In this document: piece by piece, positions 1 through 11,755 of the stretch
Layout: every line of letters starts with the position of its first letter
How positions within the stretch are numbered: position 1 is the stretch's first letter
Assembly (NCBI RefSeq): GCF_028641065.1
Contig: NW_026576645.1
Coordinates: 1-64,000, forward strand
DNA from: Leucoraja erinacea
Lineage: Eukaryota
Length of the DNA stretch: 64,000 nt
Direction: 5' to 3'
The notes under the pieces: model-generated
Told to the model about the DNA's origin: nothing
The model's input: the letters and a program-made list of their open reading frames with translations, nothing else
The model's database searches: none
Made by a program: the position numbers and the translations under genes

Positions 1-179
1 CTGGGTATACCTTATGGTACTGGTGAAAGCTCGGGGCCTGCATGCCAATCCTGTAAGCCTTTCAGGCCAGGGCCCAGAGCAGGCCCCAGGGAAAACGCGC
101 CACCCCCACCACGTCATACGACGTGTAAGACTCGTTGGACCAGGAGGAAACAGAAGAATACCCATAACCATGGAGGTAG

Positions 180-1830
180 GTGGGTCTGGTTCCTGCCAGC
201 ATATAGAAAACAAGGGTGCTCTACTAACAGGGGGCGAATACACTTGTTTAAAGAAGCATGGGGTAATGTCACGAGGAACTAGTATATACTCAACAACATT
301 AGTGGATACAAAATTCAGTTATATCAGAGATATTATCGCCAGTTCAACATTGGCCCCTAAGGGAACTTACTCCCTCCAAGGAAGAAAAGCGGGAGGGACA
401 AGCTGAACTGGTGATGCTTATCACAAAGGGGGTCATCAAAAAGACCAAACATGAACCTTTCAAATTTGTATCAAATATAGTCACTAAAACCAAAAAAGAT
501 GGTGGAAGTCGCATCATCATTGACTTAACATCACTAAATAAGTTTGTTGAGTATATACATTTCAAGATGGAGACGTTTGTTACTGTCAGACAACTGATCT
601 CCAAAGGATAATTTATAGCAAGCATTGATATTAAAGAAGCTTACTATCTAAAAACCATACACAAGGATCATTGCAGATACCTAAAATTTAGCTGGTTGGG
701 GCAGCTGTGGTAGTATAGAGATTGCCCAATGGTCTAACTCCAGCCCCTAGACAATTCACCAAAATATTAAAGTAGCCATGGGAATACTAAGGAAACAAAA
801 GCATATTGGCATAGCATATTTGGATGGTATTCTCATAGTAGGGAAACGAAGGAATTGGCTGTGGCAGCAGTATTAGCTACAAAACAGCTCCTTGAAACAC
901 TGGGGTTTGTCCTACACCCAGATAAATCTAAATTGAAGCCATTAACTACCATGGATTACCTGGGCTTCACTATCAATTCAATTCATATGACTGTTACTTT
1001 GCCAAGGGAAAAAATGGTTGCATTAGCACAATCATGCAACAACTTAATGGTCAACAAACGACCAACAATTCGACAAGTGGCCAGAGTAATTGGGATGATT
1101 GTAGCAGCAATTCCAGCTACACAATTCGGACCTTTGCACTATCAAAATTCTACAAAGAGCAAAGGTACATGCACCAAAACGATATTCGGGTCACTATGAT
1201 CGAATCATGAAATTACCCACTGGAGCTATATCAGAGCTACAGTGGGGGGCTAACCCTACTTTAGTTATTAATCAGATGCCAGTGCTCAAGCCTGGGGGGC
1301 AACTAACTCCATATCCAGCACAGGTGCCAGATGGACTAACCAGAGTCATCATTACCACACACACTGGGCATCAATTTAGAAATGTTGAGTATTATGATTT
1401 TAAAAGCATATGCATCTAAAATGCAGCACTTGCATGTGCGGTTACGGATTGATAATACTATGGTGGTGGCTTATATTAACCATATGGGGAGCATAAAATC
1501 ATTATCGTGCGACAAATTGGTCAATCAGATCTGGCAATGGTGTGTCGAAAGACATATTTTACTATCGGCTGCCTATCTACTAGGTAAGCTAAATACAGTG
1601 GCAGACACCAGGTCACGGAAAAATTTAATGATAACATCGAATGGATGTTAAACCCAAAATATTTGCTAAAGTTATTAAGCAAAATGGAACGCCATATATC
1701 AATTTGTTTGCAACAAGACGGAATCACCAGTTACCTATGTATGTGACTTGGGAACCAGACCAAAACTCATAAAATACAAATCAAACTTCGAACTGGTAAG
1801 TTCTCGTTTAATCTTACTATTTTATAGCAT
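180..1830 (+). mobile_element. Degenerate DIRS-type (tyrosine-recombinase) retrotransposon: RT, RNase H and methylase-like remnants
   Basis: Broken frames give KKDGGSRIIIDLTSLNKFVEYIHFKMET (RT), LGFVLHPDKSKL..DYLGF, and HVRLRIDNTMVVAYINHMG..AYLLGKLNTVADTRSR (DIRS RNase H). An EWMLNP..LFA..NHQLP-like segment follows near 1640-1760. Many stops and frameshifts; no recombinase seen. Confidence 0.85.
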
Positions 1831-2153
1831 GTGCAGGTGAAGGACCTTTCAAGTATGATTACAGATAAACATTATAAGGAAAAGTTGGTATAAGATAGTC
1901 ACGAATCGTGGTGAATTCTTACCAGCCTCATACATTTCAAGACAGGGTATAATCAGCAAGGCCGAGCGCTAGCAATGGCTAGTTGCTAAGAGCAGTCAAG
2001 CTAAAATTAGTCCATAGTGTAACCGTAGATTATCCGGACCCCTGTACCACTCGGATATAGACGTACCGAGCGAAGTCAGTCATCTGTGGGTCCCGGTCTG
2101 CGTCGACGGTAAGATGAGATGAAATCCTGAGCGTCCTCAGGAGATGTTAGTCG

Positions 2154-2924
2154 TCACCTCTTTCCTTCCCCGGCCATGATGAACAGCTTGGCTGGATAAT
2201 GAAGGGAGGGTTTGAGACCCAGGGTGTACAGCTCCTTCATAACGTCTCTGTACGCGGAGCGTTGTTCAATTATCTCGGGACAGCAGTCTTCGAAAATGTG
2301 GATCGGGATATCCTTGTACTTCAGCTTACCCCTCTGCCTCTGAGCCTCACGCACCACCAACTCGCGGGTCTGGTATCTATGGAAGCAGATCACAACTGCT
2401 CTGGGTTTCTCACCAGGGCTTGGCTTGGCTGTTAGCGTACGGTTGGCTCGGTCTAGCTCCGGGGCTGATTCCAGTGTGTGTTCACCAAGAGTCTCAAGCA
2501 GGAGTTGAGAGAAAAAAGCTGTTGTTTGGGGGCCTTCGGTGTTCTCGGGGAGACTGACTATCCTTATGTTATTTCGGCGACTCCTGCCTTCCAGGCCGAT
2601 AAGCTTAGACTTTAGCTTGGCGTTCTCTTCGGTCACCGTAGTTAGCATTGTCGCTATAGCTCGTATGTCTTGGCTGGTGGTATCGGCAAAAGACTCTAAT
2701 GACGAAAGACGGTGTTGGTGATCTAAAATTGTGGTCTGGATATTGTCCATCTTCGTTTCCATTTTGGTGAACGCTGCATTGAATTCTGCCAGTAGTGATA
2801 CCTTGTGCTCTGTTAACATGGCTGCTAGCGTGGCCATGCCGGTGCTGGTCGGCGGGTCTTCCGTCTTTTGCTCCTCTTTCTTTCCTCTGCCTGGCATCTT
2901 TACGGCGTGGAGAGGTGCTGTCAA
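2154..2924 (-). mobile_element. L1/Tx1-clade ORF1p (coiled coil + RRM + CTD), 5' part of a LINE
   Basis: 256-aa ORF with LEGRSRRNNIRI, ELDRANR, PRAVVICFHRY and LHYPAKL motifs typical of L1 ORF1p. No ORF2 follows. Confidence 0.85.
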
Positions 2925-3288
2925 TGGTGTTTAAATATTTATGGGTAATTATAAAACTTAGGCTGAGCTATAATAAAAGTTGGAGGTGAACAGGTCGGGA
3001 GCGTGGAAAAGTGCGACGACTACAACATGTCGCCCCAGCGGTTCTACGCTTGGTTATTTTAAAAAAACAAGGCACCCATCTACTCACCAGGCGCTTCTTG
3101 TACACCACTGGGATGAAGAGAAGATGACCCAATCACCTGTCAGCGTCAGCTCCAATATGGGGTTTGTAAACAATTCCCTTGGTTCTTGGTTCTTGGTTTC
3201 TTGGTCCTCCAAAATATTCCAAATGGAATTTAAACTAGAAGTGGTGGAGGGAGGACTTAAGCCAGAAAGGGTTATTGGGAAGAAAGAG

Positions 3289-3710
3289 CTACTTTAAATC
3301 TGGTTGGGTAACTATAGTAGGGTGGAGATTATTCCATGCTTTAATTTTGTGGGGGAAGAACGAATTGCTACACACATCTGTCTTTGTAGCTGGGTTCACA
3401 AATTGGATCGAATGCCCTTGTCTGCTCCTAATTGGTTTGGGTTTGCTGTAGGTCTTGTGATCTATGTCGAGCTGACCATTTAACATTTTGTAAAAACAGG
3501 TCAAACGGTGAGCTTCACGTCTGTCTTGGAGAGGGTTCCACCCCAGAGAATTCAGAAGTTTGGTGACACTCGCTTCTCTCTCATAGGTGTTAGTAACAAA
3601 TCGAGCTGCCTGTCTTTGGACACGTTCGATGGAAGAATTTTTTTTATTTGTGTATGGGTCCCATGCTGCAACTGTGTAATCCAAATGAGGTCTAACGAGG
3701 GTGAAGTAGA
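3289..3710 (-). mobile_element. 3' part of a CR1/L2-group LINE ORF2; continues at 9139-9915
   Basis: Minus strand reads YFTLVRPHLDYTVAAWDPY..IERVQRQAARFV..SFFP..IKAWNNL, the direct continuation of ...STSVKEK at ~9141. Confidence 0.85.
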
Positions 3711-3956
3711 TTAGATTAGATTAGATTAGATTAGATAGCCTTTATTGTCATTCAGACCGAAGTCTGAACGAAATTGCAGCAGTCATAGATATAATATAAT
3801 ACAATAAAAACAACAATAAACACATATTAACATCCACCACTGTGAGTCCACCCAATATCTCCTCACTGTGATGGAGGCAAAAGTCTTATGTCTGCAGTCA
3901 CTTCCCTCCTCTTCTCCCTCTGCGCTGAGGCGATATCCCCCGGGCGATGTTATAAA
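3708..3956 (-). mobile_element. 3' half of a non-autonomous retroposon with a Rex1-like tail and (TCTAA)n end; remainder at 9068-9140
   Basis: Minus strand ends atttcgttcagacttcggtctgaatgacaataaag plus (tctaa)n, and shares the gcc(t)tccatcacag block with copies at 5.1-6.0 kb and 41.5-42.0 kb. Confidence 0.65.
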
Positions 3957-4771
3957 TAGGTATGTTGCAAAGCCTACCTGAGGCGTCGCTGAAAATCTGT
4001 CGCTGCGGATGTCCGCGATTTTGGCGCCGTTTAGAGGGGGGCGGGTTTGAAACGTGATTTTCACTAGGCTGTTCCAATCGAGGGTGTTCAGCCTAGTTAA
4101 TTATTAACGGAGAATCGCTGGAAGATCCCTTCGCTTTAGGTATTTTTAGTTTTAAAGGCGTTATACAATTGTTAGAGTAGTTTAAAAAATAACTTCTAAC
4201 CCCGCGACCACCAGCAACCAGCAGGGTCTCATACAGCAAACAACAGAAGGTAGGCTGTTTATTTTTATATTAAAAAGGGCTTCTTAAGATCCCTTTATAC
4301 AAAGTTTAATATTGCGAGTAGCTCATTTTGGACTCATTATATCCCGCATTATTTTTCTCGGCATATGGGGGCACAAATCTACCACAATGTGAACGTTCTA
4401 AACCAGTGCGTTCCACAGGGACCCACTGGAAAGCTGATGGGCATTTATTTACAGCAATTGAACACTAAATTCCTTCCATTTGGTCTATAAATTAATGTAA
4501 ATGAGATTTAAATATCATGTTATATTGTGAATTATTTGTGAATATTCTTTGGACGCTTAGGCTATTTAAAAATGTTAATCTTTCCTTAAGAAATTGATAG
4601 ATGTTTAGATCTAGTAATTGAATTTTGATTAAACATGATTTTCTTTTTGAGTATTTACTATTTGTTTCAGCGTTTAACTTTATAGTTTCTACCTTTTTTT
4701 CTAAAACGGTAAATAATAACTTGTTTCTGTTAATGCAGTTCAGTGTTTTTTTTAATTTACATTGTAAACAG

Positions 4772-7700
4772 ATGTCTCCAAAGAAGAAATGTAAAGTTGT
4801 CAATCCAAAAGCCCAGCCAGGCATAGCTGTTCAACTTGAAATGAATTTCTCTGTCATGCCCGAGTCTAAGAGGGATCTTAAAAATGGACACATCTTGTAC
4901 TTGTTTACCTCATTTGGAAAAAGTCTGCCTGAAACAGATAAATTGCTGAGTCCACATTTCTCTTTGTCGGATGCAGAAGGCTATTCATGTGCTGCTGTTA
5001 AGTTAAGAGTGCAGGCTCTCATTAAACGGACGTTGCTTAAGTTTAAAAAACTCACCAATCCCATGGAATTTGGAGCATTTATGGAAATTTGTGATGAAAC
5101 TTTTAAACTTCAAGAAGGTGGGCGGCGCGACTGGGTGGGCGGCACGACTCTGGTCAGCAGCGGCCTCTGCAGTCTGTCCGCGTTTTATTATTTTCTGTCT
5201 GTGTTTTTATGTAGTTTTTGTTTTTGTTTTTTGGGGTGTGTGGGTGGGGGGGTGCGGGTGGGAATACTTTTTAAATCTCTCCCGGCACGGGAGACCCGAC
5301 CTTTCCTCGTCGGGTTTCCGTTGTCGTTGGGGCCGCAACGAGGAGCGGCCTCCAACAGGAAGAGACCGGGGACTCTGGTGCTACGACTCACCGTCGCCGT
5401 CGCGGGGCTGGCCGAGTCCGGAGCGGGTGGAGCGGTGGAGGAGCGCTGCTGCTGCTGCTGCTGCTGCTGCGGCCCGACCGGAGAGTCGGAGGCTCCAACG
5501 GCAGGTCTGTGGACGGCGGCACCGGGAGCCCACGGGTCCCTGGAGGGAGACCGCTTTTCAGGGCTCTCGCAACGGCGACTTCCCCCGCCCGAGTTGCGGG
5601 GTTGAAGAGCTCCTGGAGCGGGGCCTACATCACTGCCCCGCGCGGCTTGGAATGGCCGCGGGACTCTGCGGCGCACGCCGGGGGCTCTAACACCAAGACC
5701 CGGTGTGCGACCTCGCACCACCCGGCGTGGCTTTAATGGCCGCGGGACAATCGCCATCGCCAGCCGGGGGCTTTGACTTTGACTCTGACATGGGGGGGGG
5801 GAGTGCAGTGGAGAGATAAGTTTATTTGGCCTTCCATCACAGCGATGTGATGGATGTTTATGTAAATTATGTTTTGTCTTGGGTCTATGTGTTTGTAATG
5901 TATGGCTGCAGAAACGGCATTTCGTTTGGACCTCACGGGGTCCAAATGACAATTAAATGTATCTTGTATCTTGTAAGGCAGTCAACACATTTCTTTAGAT
6001 GACATTCCACTCCCTGGTGCTCAAGATCCTGAATTCTTGACATCAGCTGAAAGCCAAGTGCCCATATTTCAAGACACTGAGGATATGGACAATGACAGTC
6101 ATAGTCTGCATCCTCCACTGAATCAAGCAACGCCGACAGCTACTGCCTCACCTGAACCAATGCCATCGACATCTGGTGTTTCAACAAGATGTAGCAGAGA
6201 ATTTCTTAGTCTTTCACCAGGGAAACAGAAATTGAAGAAAAGAGTAAAGTATGTGTCCGAATTCAGGGCTGCTCTTTCAACAAAGTATCACACAAAGATC
6301 AGTGAACTTGGGGCACGGTTGAAAACTCCCAAACGTATAGTTAATCAAGCCTTAAAGAGAAAGCAAAAGTAAATGGATTCAAAGGACAGAAAGATTCAGG
6401 AACTCAAAACCAAATTACGTGATAACACTTTGGCACGGGAGCTCTCTAACACCAAGGTAGAGATTTTGAAACTTAAAAAAGCACACAGACAATTGCTGAT
6501 ATTTCGTGGCAGTACGAAAAAGAGGAAAATTGTTTCAATTCAACAGCTCAGAAAATGTCAAGATAATTTAAAGGACAGGGAAGAGGATGTGAGACGCCTC
6601 GAATTTGACATTCTTGTCCTCAAAGAAACAATCGAAACTCTGCAGGCTGCCAGTATTGTCAAGGCAAAGGTGGGCCAGAAAATTTACTCCTCAACAATAA
6701 GGATGCATGTGTTCGACTGTATTGTAAACAAAACTCCCACAGCAAACATTCCAATCCTGATAAGCCAGTTCTACAAGCGGAGTGGACTTCATCTGGATCA
6801 TGTTCCACAACGCAGTGCAGTTGAAGTGATGGCCCGAGAATTGGCGGCTATTGCTGAGTTGCAAACAGCAGAGATGCTCCTTGCAACAAAGGGTTTGACT
6901 GTGGGTTTTGATGCAACCACCCAGGAAGAGATCCACATTAACAGCGTTCATTTCACCACCACAAACAAATGTCTCTCTGCAGCAGTCGAGGAATTGGCTG
7001 GTGGGACTGCTGAGGACTATGCACAACATATTTGTGAAACAATTGACAATTTATGTAAAACCTACACTTATTTCAATCTGCAAGCAAATTATCAAGAAAC
7101 CAGACAAAATATGATCGCCAACATTTCAAACACAATGAGTGATAGGTTGTGCAGCAAATCATGCTGCTATTAGAATTGTGAGTAGTGAGTGGGGTAAATA
7201 TTTGAATGAGCTCTACTGCCACTTACATCCTCTTGACTCCATTGCTACATCAGTTCGCTCAGACCTAAAAATGCAAAAACAATCTGGAGGACAATTCTTG
7301 TTTGGGAAAGACTGTCTAGCAGTAAATGCCATTCTGCAGATGAGCAAGCTTCGTTATAAAAACGGAAAAGGAGACCCAAAAGGATTTGTCGCATTTTTAG
7401 ATGACAGGAACATCCCCCGAGGTGTCCTCCCACGGTATCGTGGCAACAGATTGCACATACTGTTTCATATTAGTGGCAAGCTAATAGAACATTATGATGA
7501 CTTTGTTGCACTGCTGAATAGCGGAACATCCTGTGGGGGGGGGTTGAAAAGCGCCATCCTCCATGACTTCACCCAGGCTGAAGCAAAAGTAGAACTTCAG
7601 ATATTGGGCTTATTTGGCAAATATCTGACTGGGCCTTGGATGAAGCGCTTCTACACTTCAAGCCAGAATCAGATCAACCATGTTGATGGCATCAACGTGG

Positions 7701-8559
7701 TTAAATTCAGATTCAGATTCAGATAAAGGGGTGATTGCTGCTCTAAAGGAAGCCACAGAAGATCCAGAGAAATTGATATTGGCAAGGGAAGATTTCTTCG
7801 GTGAGGAGGTACATCTTGATGCCACATTGAAAAAGCTTTGGGAGCTACCAGTACATCCACAGTTCAGTTCAAAGATGAGAAGCTGTCTTCAAGCTGTCAT
7901 CACTGTGTTGGAGAGGTGTGTTGGAGAGGCAGTATAGTAAATACTTTGAACTTGATGTAACTGAGAAACTGAAGGAGGAGACTGCATCAGCAAGATCACA
8001 CAACATTGATGCGGAGGAGATAATGGGGATGTTTAGTTCATTGAAACAGAAATCTCCCAATGCCACCATGTGTTATTTGTCATGTAGGATGCGGGCCTGC
8101 AAGAATAGAACAGTCAACTTCCTTGATAATCTCGAGGAGCATCGTAGGGAGGAGGTGCTCTATAAGGCAGTGACATGGGGGAGAGTGCAGAGGAACACAC
8201 GGAAGAAAAAACAGAAGGAACTGATAGCAGAAATCATTAAGCGACAGAAAGGCAAGAAGCATGCTCGAGACACGAAAGAGATGAAAAAACTAGGGGAAAA
8301 ATTGACTATTCCAAATGTGATGATCTACATGACATTCTTAGTGGGAAAGTAGTGGGCAGAAAGGCATGTCATGCGTGGTTTGAAGATCAAAAACTTGTAG
8401 TTTACAATGCCAAATTTGAAAAGTTGAGGACAAACAACGTGTACAGAATTGCTTATTGGTTGCAGTCTGAGGAGTATGATGATGCTACTGATCATTGGCA
8501 TACTGCCAATGTACCAACTAGCAGCTGATCTTCTCCATAAAGACTTGGTCTTTTGCTAG
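4772..8559 (+). pseudogene. Disrupted DDE transposase (hAT/P/MuDR-type CxxH) with a C-terminal Tudor-like segment
   Basis: Starts MSPKKKCK at 4772. Motifs VGFDATTQ (~6910), TMSDR (~7141), CHLH (~7220), YRGNRLHILF and HNIDAEEIMG (~8010); TAG at 8557-8559. Broken by an insertion (5119-5974), stops and frameshifts. Confidence 0.75.
5119..5974 (+). mobile_element. GC-rich non-autonomous retroposon with Rex1-like 3' tail, inserted in the transposase
   Basis: Abrupt GC shift; (CTG)8 at 5446-5469; 3' hairpin plus aatgacaattaaa and a (tatcttg)2 tail; AAGG on both sides. Homologous to 41534-41982. Confidence 0.7.
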
Positions 8560-9138
8560 AAATCGTAATTTATTTACCTATCCATAACGAACTTACTGCA
8601 TATTATACAATAATATTAAAGTTCTGATCTTGAGAATATCACATATTTGAAATTTCAAGGCAGTCTGGTTGTTTATTACTATTTCTGTCACAACGGTCAA
8701 TTTTGTAATTAGCTACAATTAGGTAACTAACTAATTATATGCTTTAATTTCAGGTCATCCAAGTAAGATTGTTTTATATTTTTTCAGAATGCTTCAATCT
8801 ATGATGTGAAAATTTCATTAAGTTCTTTTAATTCTTAAGAAAGTTACGGGCTTTGGACTGTCCAAGATCACAGCTTTTTTGTTATGTCCATAGAAAATCA
8901 ATAGGAAACAAGATGCTAATTTCCGAGTATGAAAATGTCCATAACTGTTTTAATACTTGAGATATGAAAGTGAATTTGGTGTCAAATTTAACTTATTTTT
9001 ATGCTTTATCTGATGGGATAAATTGCAGACCTGATTTTAAAAATCTCAAAATTTTGTAACATTGCGATTATAAATCAGTCCCGCGGCTCAAACACGGGGT
9101 GGTTGAAGCTGCCGCCCACCAGTCCTGCAGACGCAGCC

Positions 9139-9915
9139 GCTTCTCCTTGACAGAAGTTGAACAATGATGAAAGTTGCGCCTCAGAATATTTAGGCCACCT
9201 GTTGCTTTCACCGTTGCATGATGAGTCTGACCATTCCAACGCTGATCATTCTGCAATTTGATGCCAAGACACTTGGTTTGTTTGGATTCTTCAAGGGTGG
9301 CACCAAGTATATTGTAAGATGTTTCGCCTGGATTCCTCTTTCTGGTGACACGCATGGTTTCACATTTGGAAGGGTTGAACTGCATGCCCCATTGTTGTGA
9401 CCACTCAACCATAGTATCGAGATCCTTTTGGAGAGCATCTTCATCATCAGCTGACTTAATTGGACGGTACAGCAAACAATCATCAGCGAATAGTCTGGTC
9501 GTACTTGCGACTTTTTCATGGATGTCATTTATGTAACGCAAAAATAGATGTGGGCCAAGTACGGTGCCCTGAGGTGTACCACTCAACACTGGATGCCAAT
9601 TGGAGCTCTTTCTGTTCACACACACACGCTGAAGATGTTTTGTCAGGAAACTGGAAATCCATCGTTTCGTGTTGGAACGAATACCATAGAAGTCAAGCTT
9701 CCGAAGCAGTCTCTGGTGTGGGATGACATCAAATGCTTTAGAAAAGTCCAGCACAACTAAATCCGTGATTACGTTACTATCAAGGTGCTTGGCCAGGTCA
9801 TTTGTCGTCAGGATAAGCTAAGACTCACATGATCTATGCCTCCTAAATGCATGTTGGTTGTCAGCAAGAATGTTATGTTTGCTCATGTGTCGCATCAGAT
9901 TACTATCAATTAAAT
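9139..9915 (-). mobile_element. RT domain of the CR1/L2-group LINE split by nested insertions
   Basis: LDFSKAFD, SGTPQGTVLGP, RLFADDCLLY and MQFNPSKC motifs. Confidence 0.9.
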
Positions 9916-10777
9916 GATTAGTGTAATTTTCCTGAATTCCCCTCAGTTCCAGTTCCTGATCAACAGCCATTTTAAGAGGTTCCTTGCATCCTCTGTAATG
10001 ACATCTGATGGAGTTGTACAGCACAGAGACAGTCTGTGTGGCCCAGTATGCTGGCCATCAAGGACCCTCTGCACCAATCCCATTTATCATCTGTTGTTTT
10101 GTAACAATCTACACCGTAATGCTTCAAGCACTCATCCAGATACTTTACACATGTTTAAAGTGTACCTGCATCCCCCACATTCTCAGGCAGTGTCTCACAT
10201 TGCAATCAGCCAATGGATGAAAATATAATCCTCACGTACCCTCTAAACCTCTCCATCCTCCCATGGAAGCGATGCTCACTAGTTTCACATGCCTTTGTTT
10301 ATGTCATAGCAGCAGAATTAAAACATTCAGCCCATTGAGACTATTCCACCATTCAATCCTTGCTGATCTACCTTTCCTTCTCAGCCACATTCTCCTGCTT
10401 TCTCCCCATAATCTTTGACATCCTAACTAATCAGGAAAGGCTTGGAAAGGTTTCTCACTATCCATGCTATCTCTGTCCCTATAATCTTTTACTATATCTT
10501 TATCAGGTTCCACCTCATCCCAGGCAACAATCTCCCCTGGTGAATCTCCCCTGCGTATTCCAGTTCCTCCTGTAGTCTGATGACCAGAACAGCACCTAAC
10601 GATTCCAACTCCATACACAGGAGGGAGGGATTACACTAGATTGGCAGGGGGGGTGGGATCTCATGCAGGACAGAGGCACAGGAGAGGTTATAGTTTGGTA
10701 TGGATGGTGGTGTGGGAAAGGTTATTGGACAGAATAGGCAAAAATCTGGAGAGCAAGGAAGGAGGGTTGGTTTAAAC

Positions 10778-11755
10778 CAAAGATCCTATAGCAGAGCAAG
10801 ATAGGCTACTCCTGCTAAATGCAATGGACTGAGGTGTAGTACGCTATGGAGGGGTTCATGGGCATTTTTCCACGCCCATTTTAGCAACCTGAGCCTACCT
10901 AACCCGACCCGACTCGCACTGTAATCAATGTTGCGGGGCAACAGTTTGTGTCGGTTAGATTCATAAATCTGTCAGTTCAAACTTCTTGTCAAGAATAAAA
11001 TTTGATTCTGTTAATTGTCTTTTTTAATGTTTTTTAAATCATTTATTTTTAAATGGCTCACAAGCTGTGTTTGAGTTGATTTTGTAGTAATCGGAACCGA
11101 CCGGACTCGCAGGGTGATTGACAGGGGGGGACTTTTGTGCGTGATATAGGGTTAGATTCATAATTCTGTTGATACTTGTTAAAGAATAAAATGTTTATAA
11201 ACACACATACATGAAAATTATATAAATGTATATAACACACAATTATATTTCTTTTAATCCAATAATGAACTTTATTTCAGACTAGACAAGGGACATTAAA
11301 TAAGAAACATTGTAAACCTCCCTGCAACTTCACACACACTAGGCCTTATCTCCCCCGGCACTCTCTCGCCTGCCCCCTTACTACAATGTCCCCCCTCCTA
11401 TGCCCCTCTCCTCACCGCCCCGGGCCCCGCACTCTCTCTCCCCGCTGCCCCGGACCCCGCACTCCTTCTCCCCGCTGCCCCGCACTCCTTCTCCCTGCTG
11501 CCCCGCACTCTCTCTCCCCGCTGCCCCCGTACTCTCTCTCCCGCTGCCCCGGGCCCCGCACTCCTTCTCCCCGCTGCGGATCCAATCCTTGGCCGGAAGC
11601 AAGAAGGCGGGAGCAAGAAAGCAAAGCAAGATGGCGGACCAAGATGGCGGAGGCAGGTTGCTAAAATGTGTCCTATAATCACCCATGAATCCGCCCATGA
11701 GCGTACCTCACGTTTGCGTGAGAGTAACCCATCTTGCTCTGTTATAGGATCGTTG
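10778..11755 (+). mobile_element. Non-autonomous TIR transposon (P-like, CAAAGATC ends), 978 bp
   Basis: 25-bp TIR caaagatcctatagcagagcaagat vs (rc) caacgatcctataacagagcaagat; perfect 8-bp TSD GTTTAAAC (10770-10777, 11756-11763). Interrupts a CR1 endonuclease sequence. Confidence 0.92.
11408..11577. repeat. GC-rich ~23-30 bp minisatellite inside the TIR element
   Basis: Repeated ccccgcactctctctccccgctgccccggg-like units. Confidence 0.9.

Larger units (their letters stand above)
3957..9067 (+). mobile_element. hAT-like DNA transposon (~4.2 kb without its internal insert)
   Basis: TTATAAA(T) direct repeats at 3950-3956 and 9068-9074. Imperfect TIRs TAGGTATGTTGCAAAG / (rc) TCGCAATGTTACAAAA match 11/16. 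Encloses a transposase pseudogene. Confidence 0.75.

Noticed and set aside
4625-5952. Long overlapping ORFs (326, 206 and 254 aa) with poly-Cys/Ala/Gln runs
   Set aside because: They are read-through into a GC-rich retroposon containing (CTG)n. Only 4772-5118 is transposase sequence.
11381-11698. Stacked ORFs in many frames (also 56541-57073)
   Set aside because: Caused by a stop-poor GC minisatellite.
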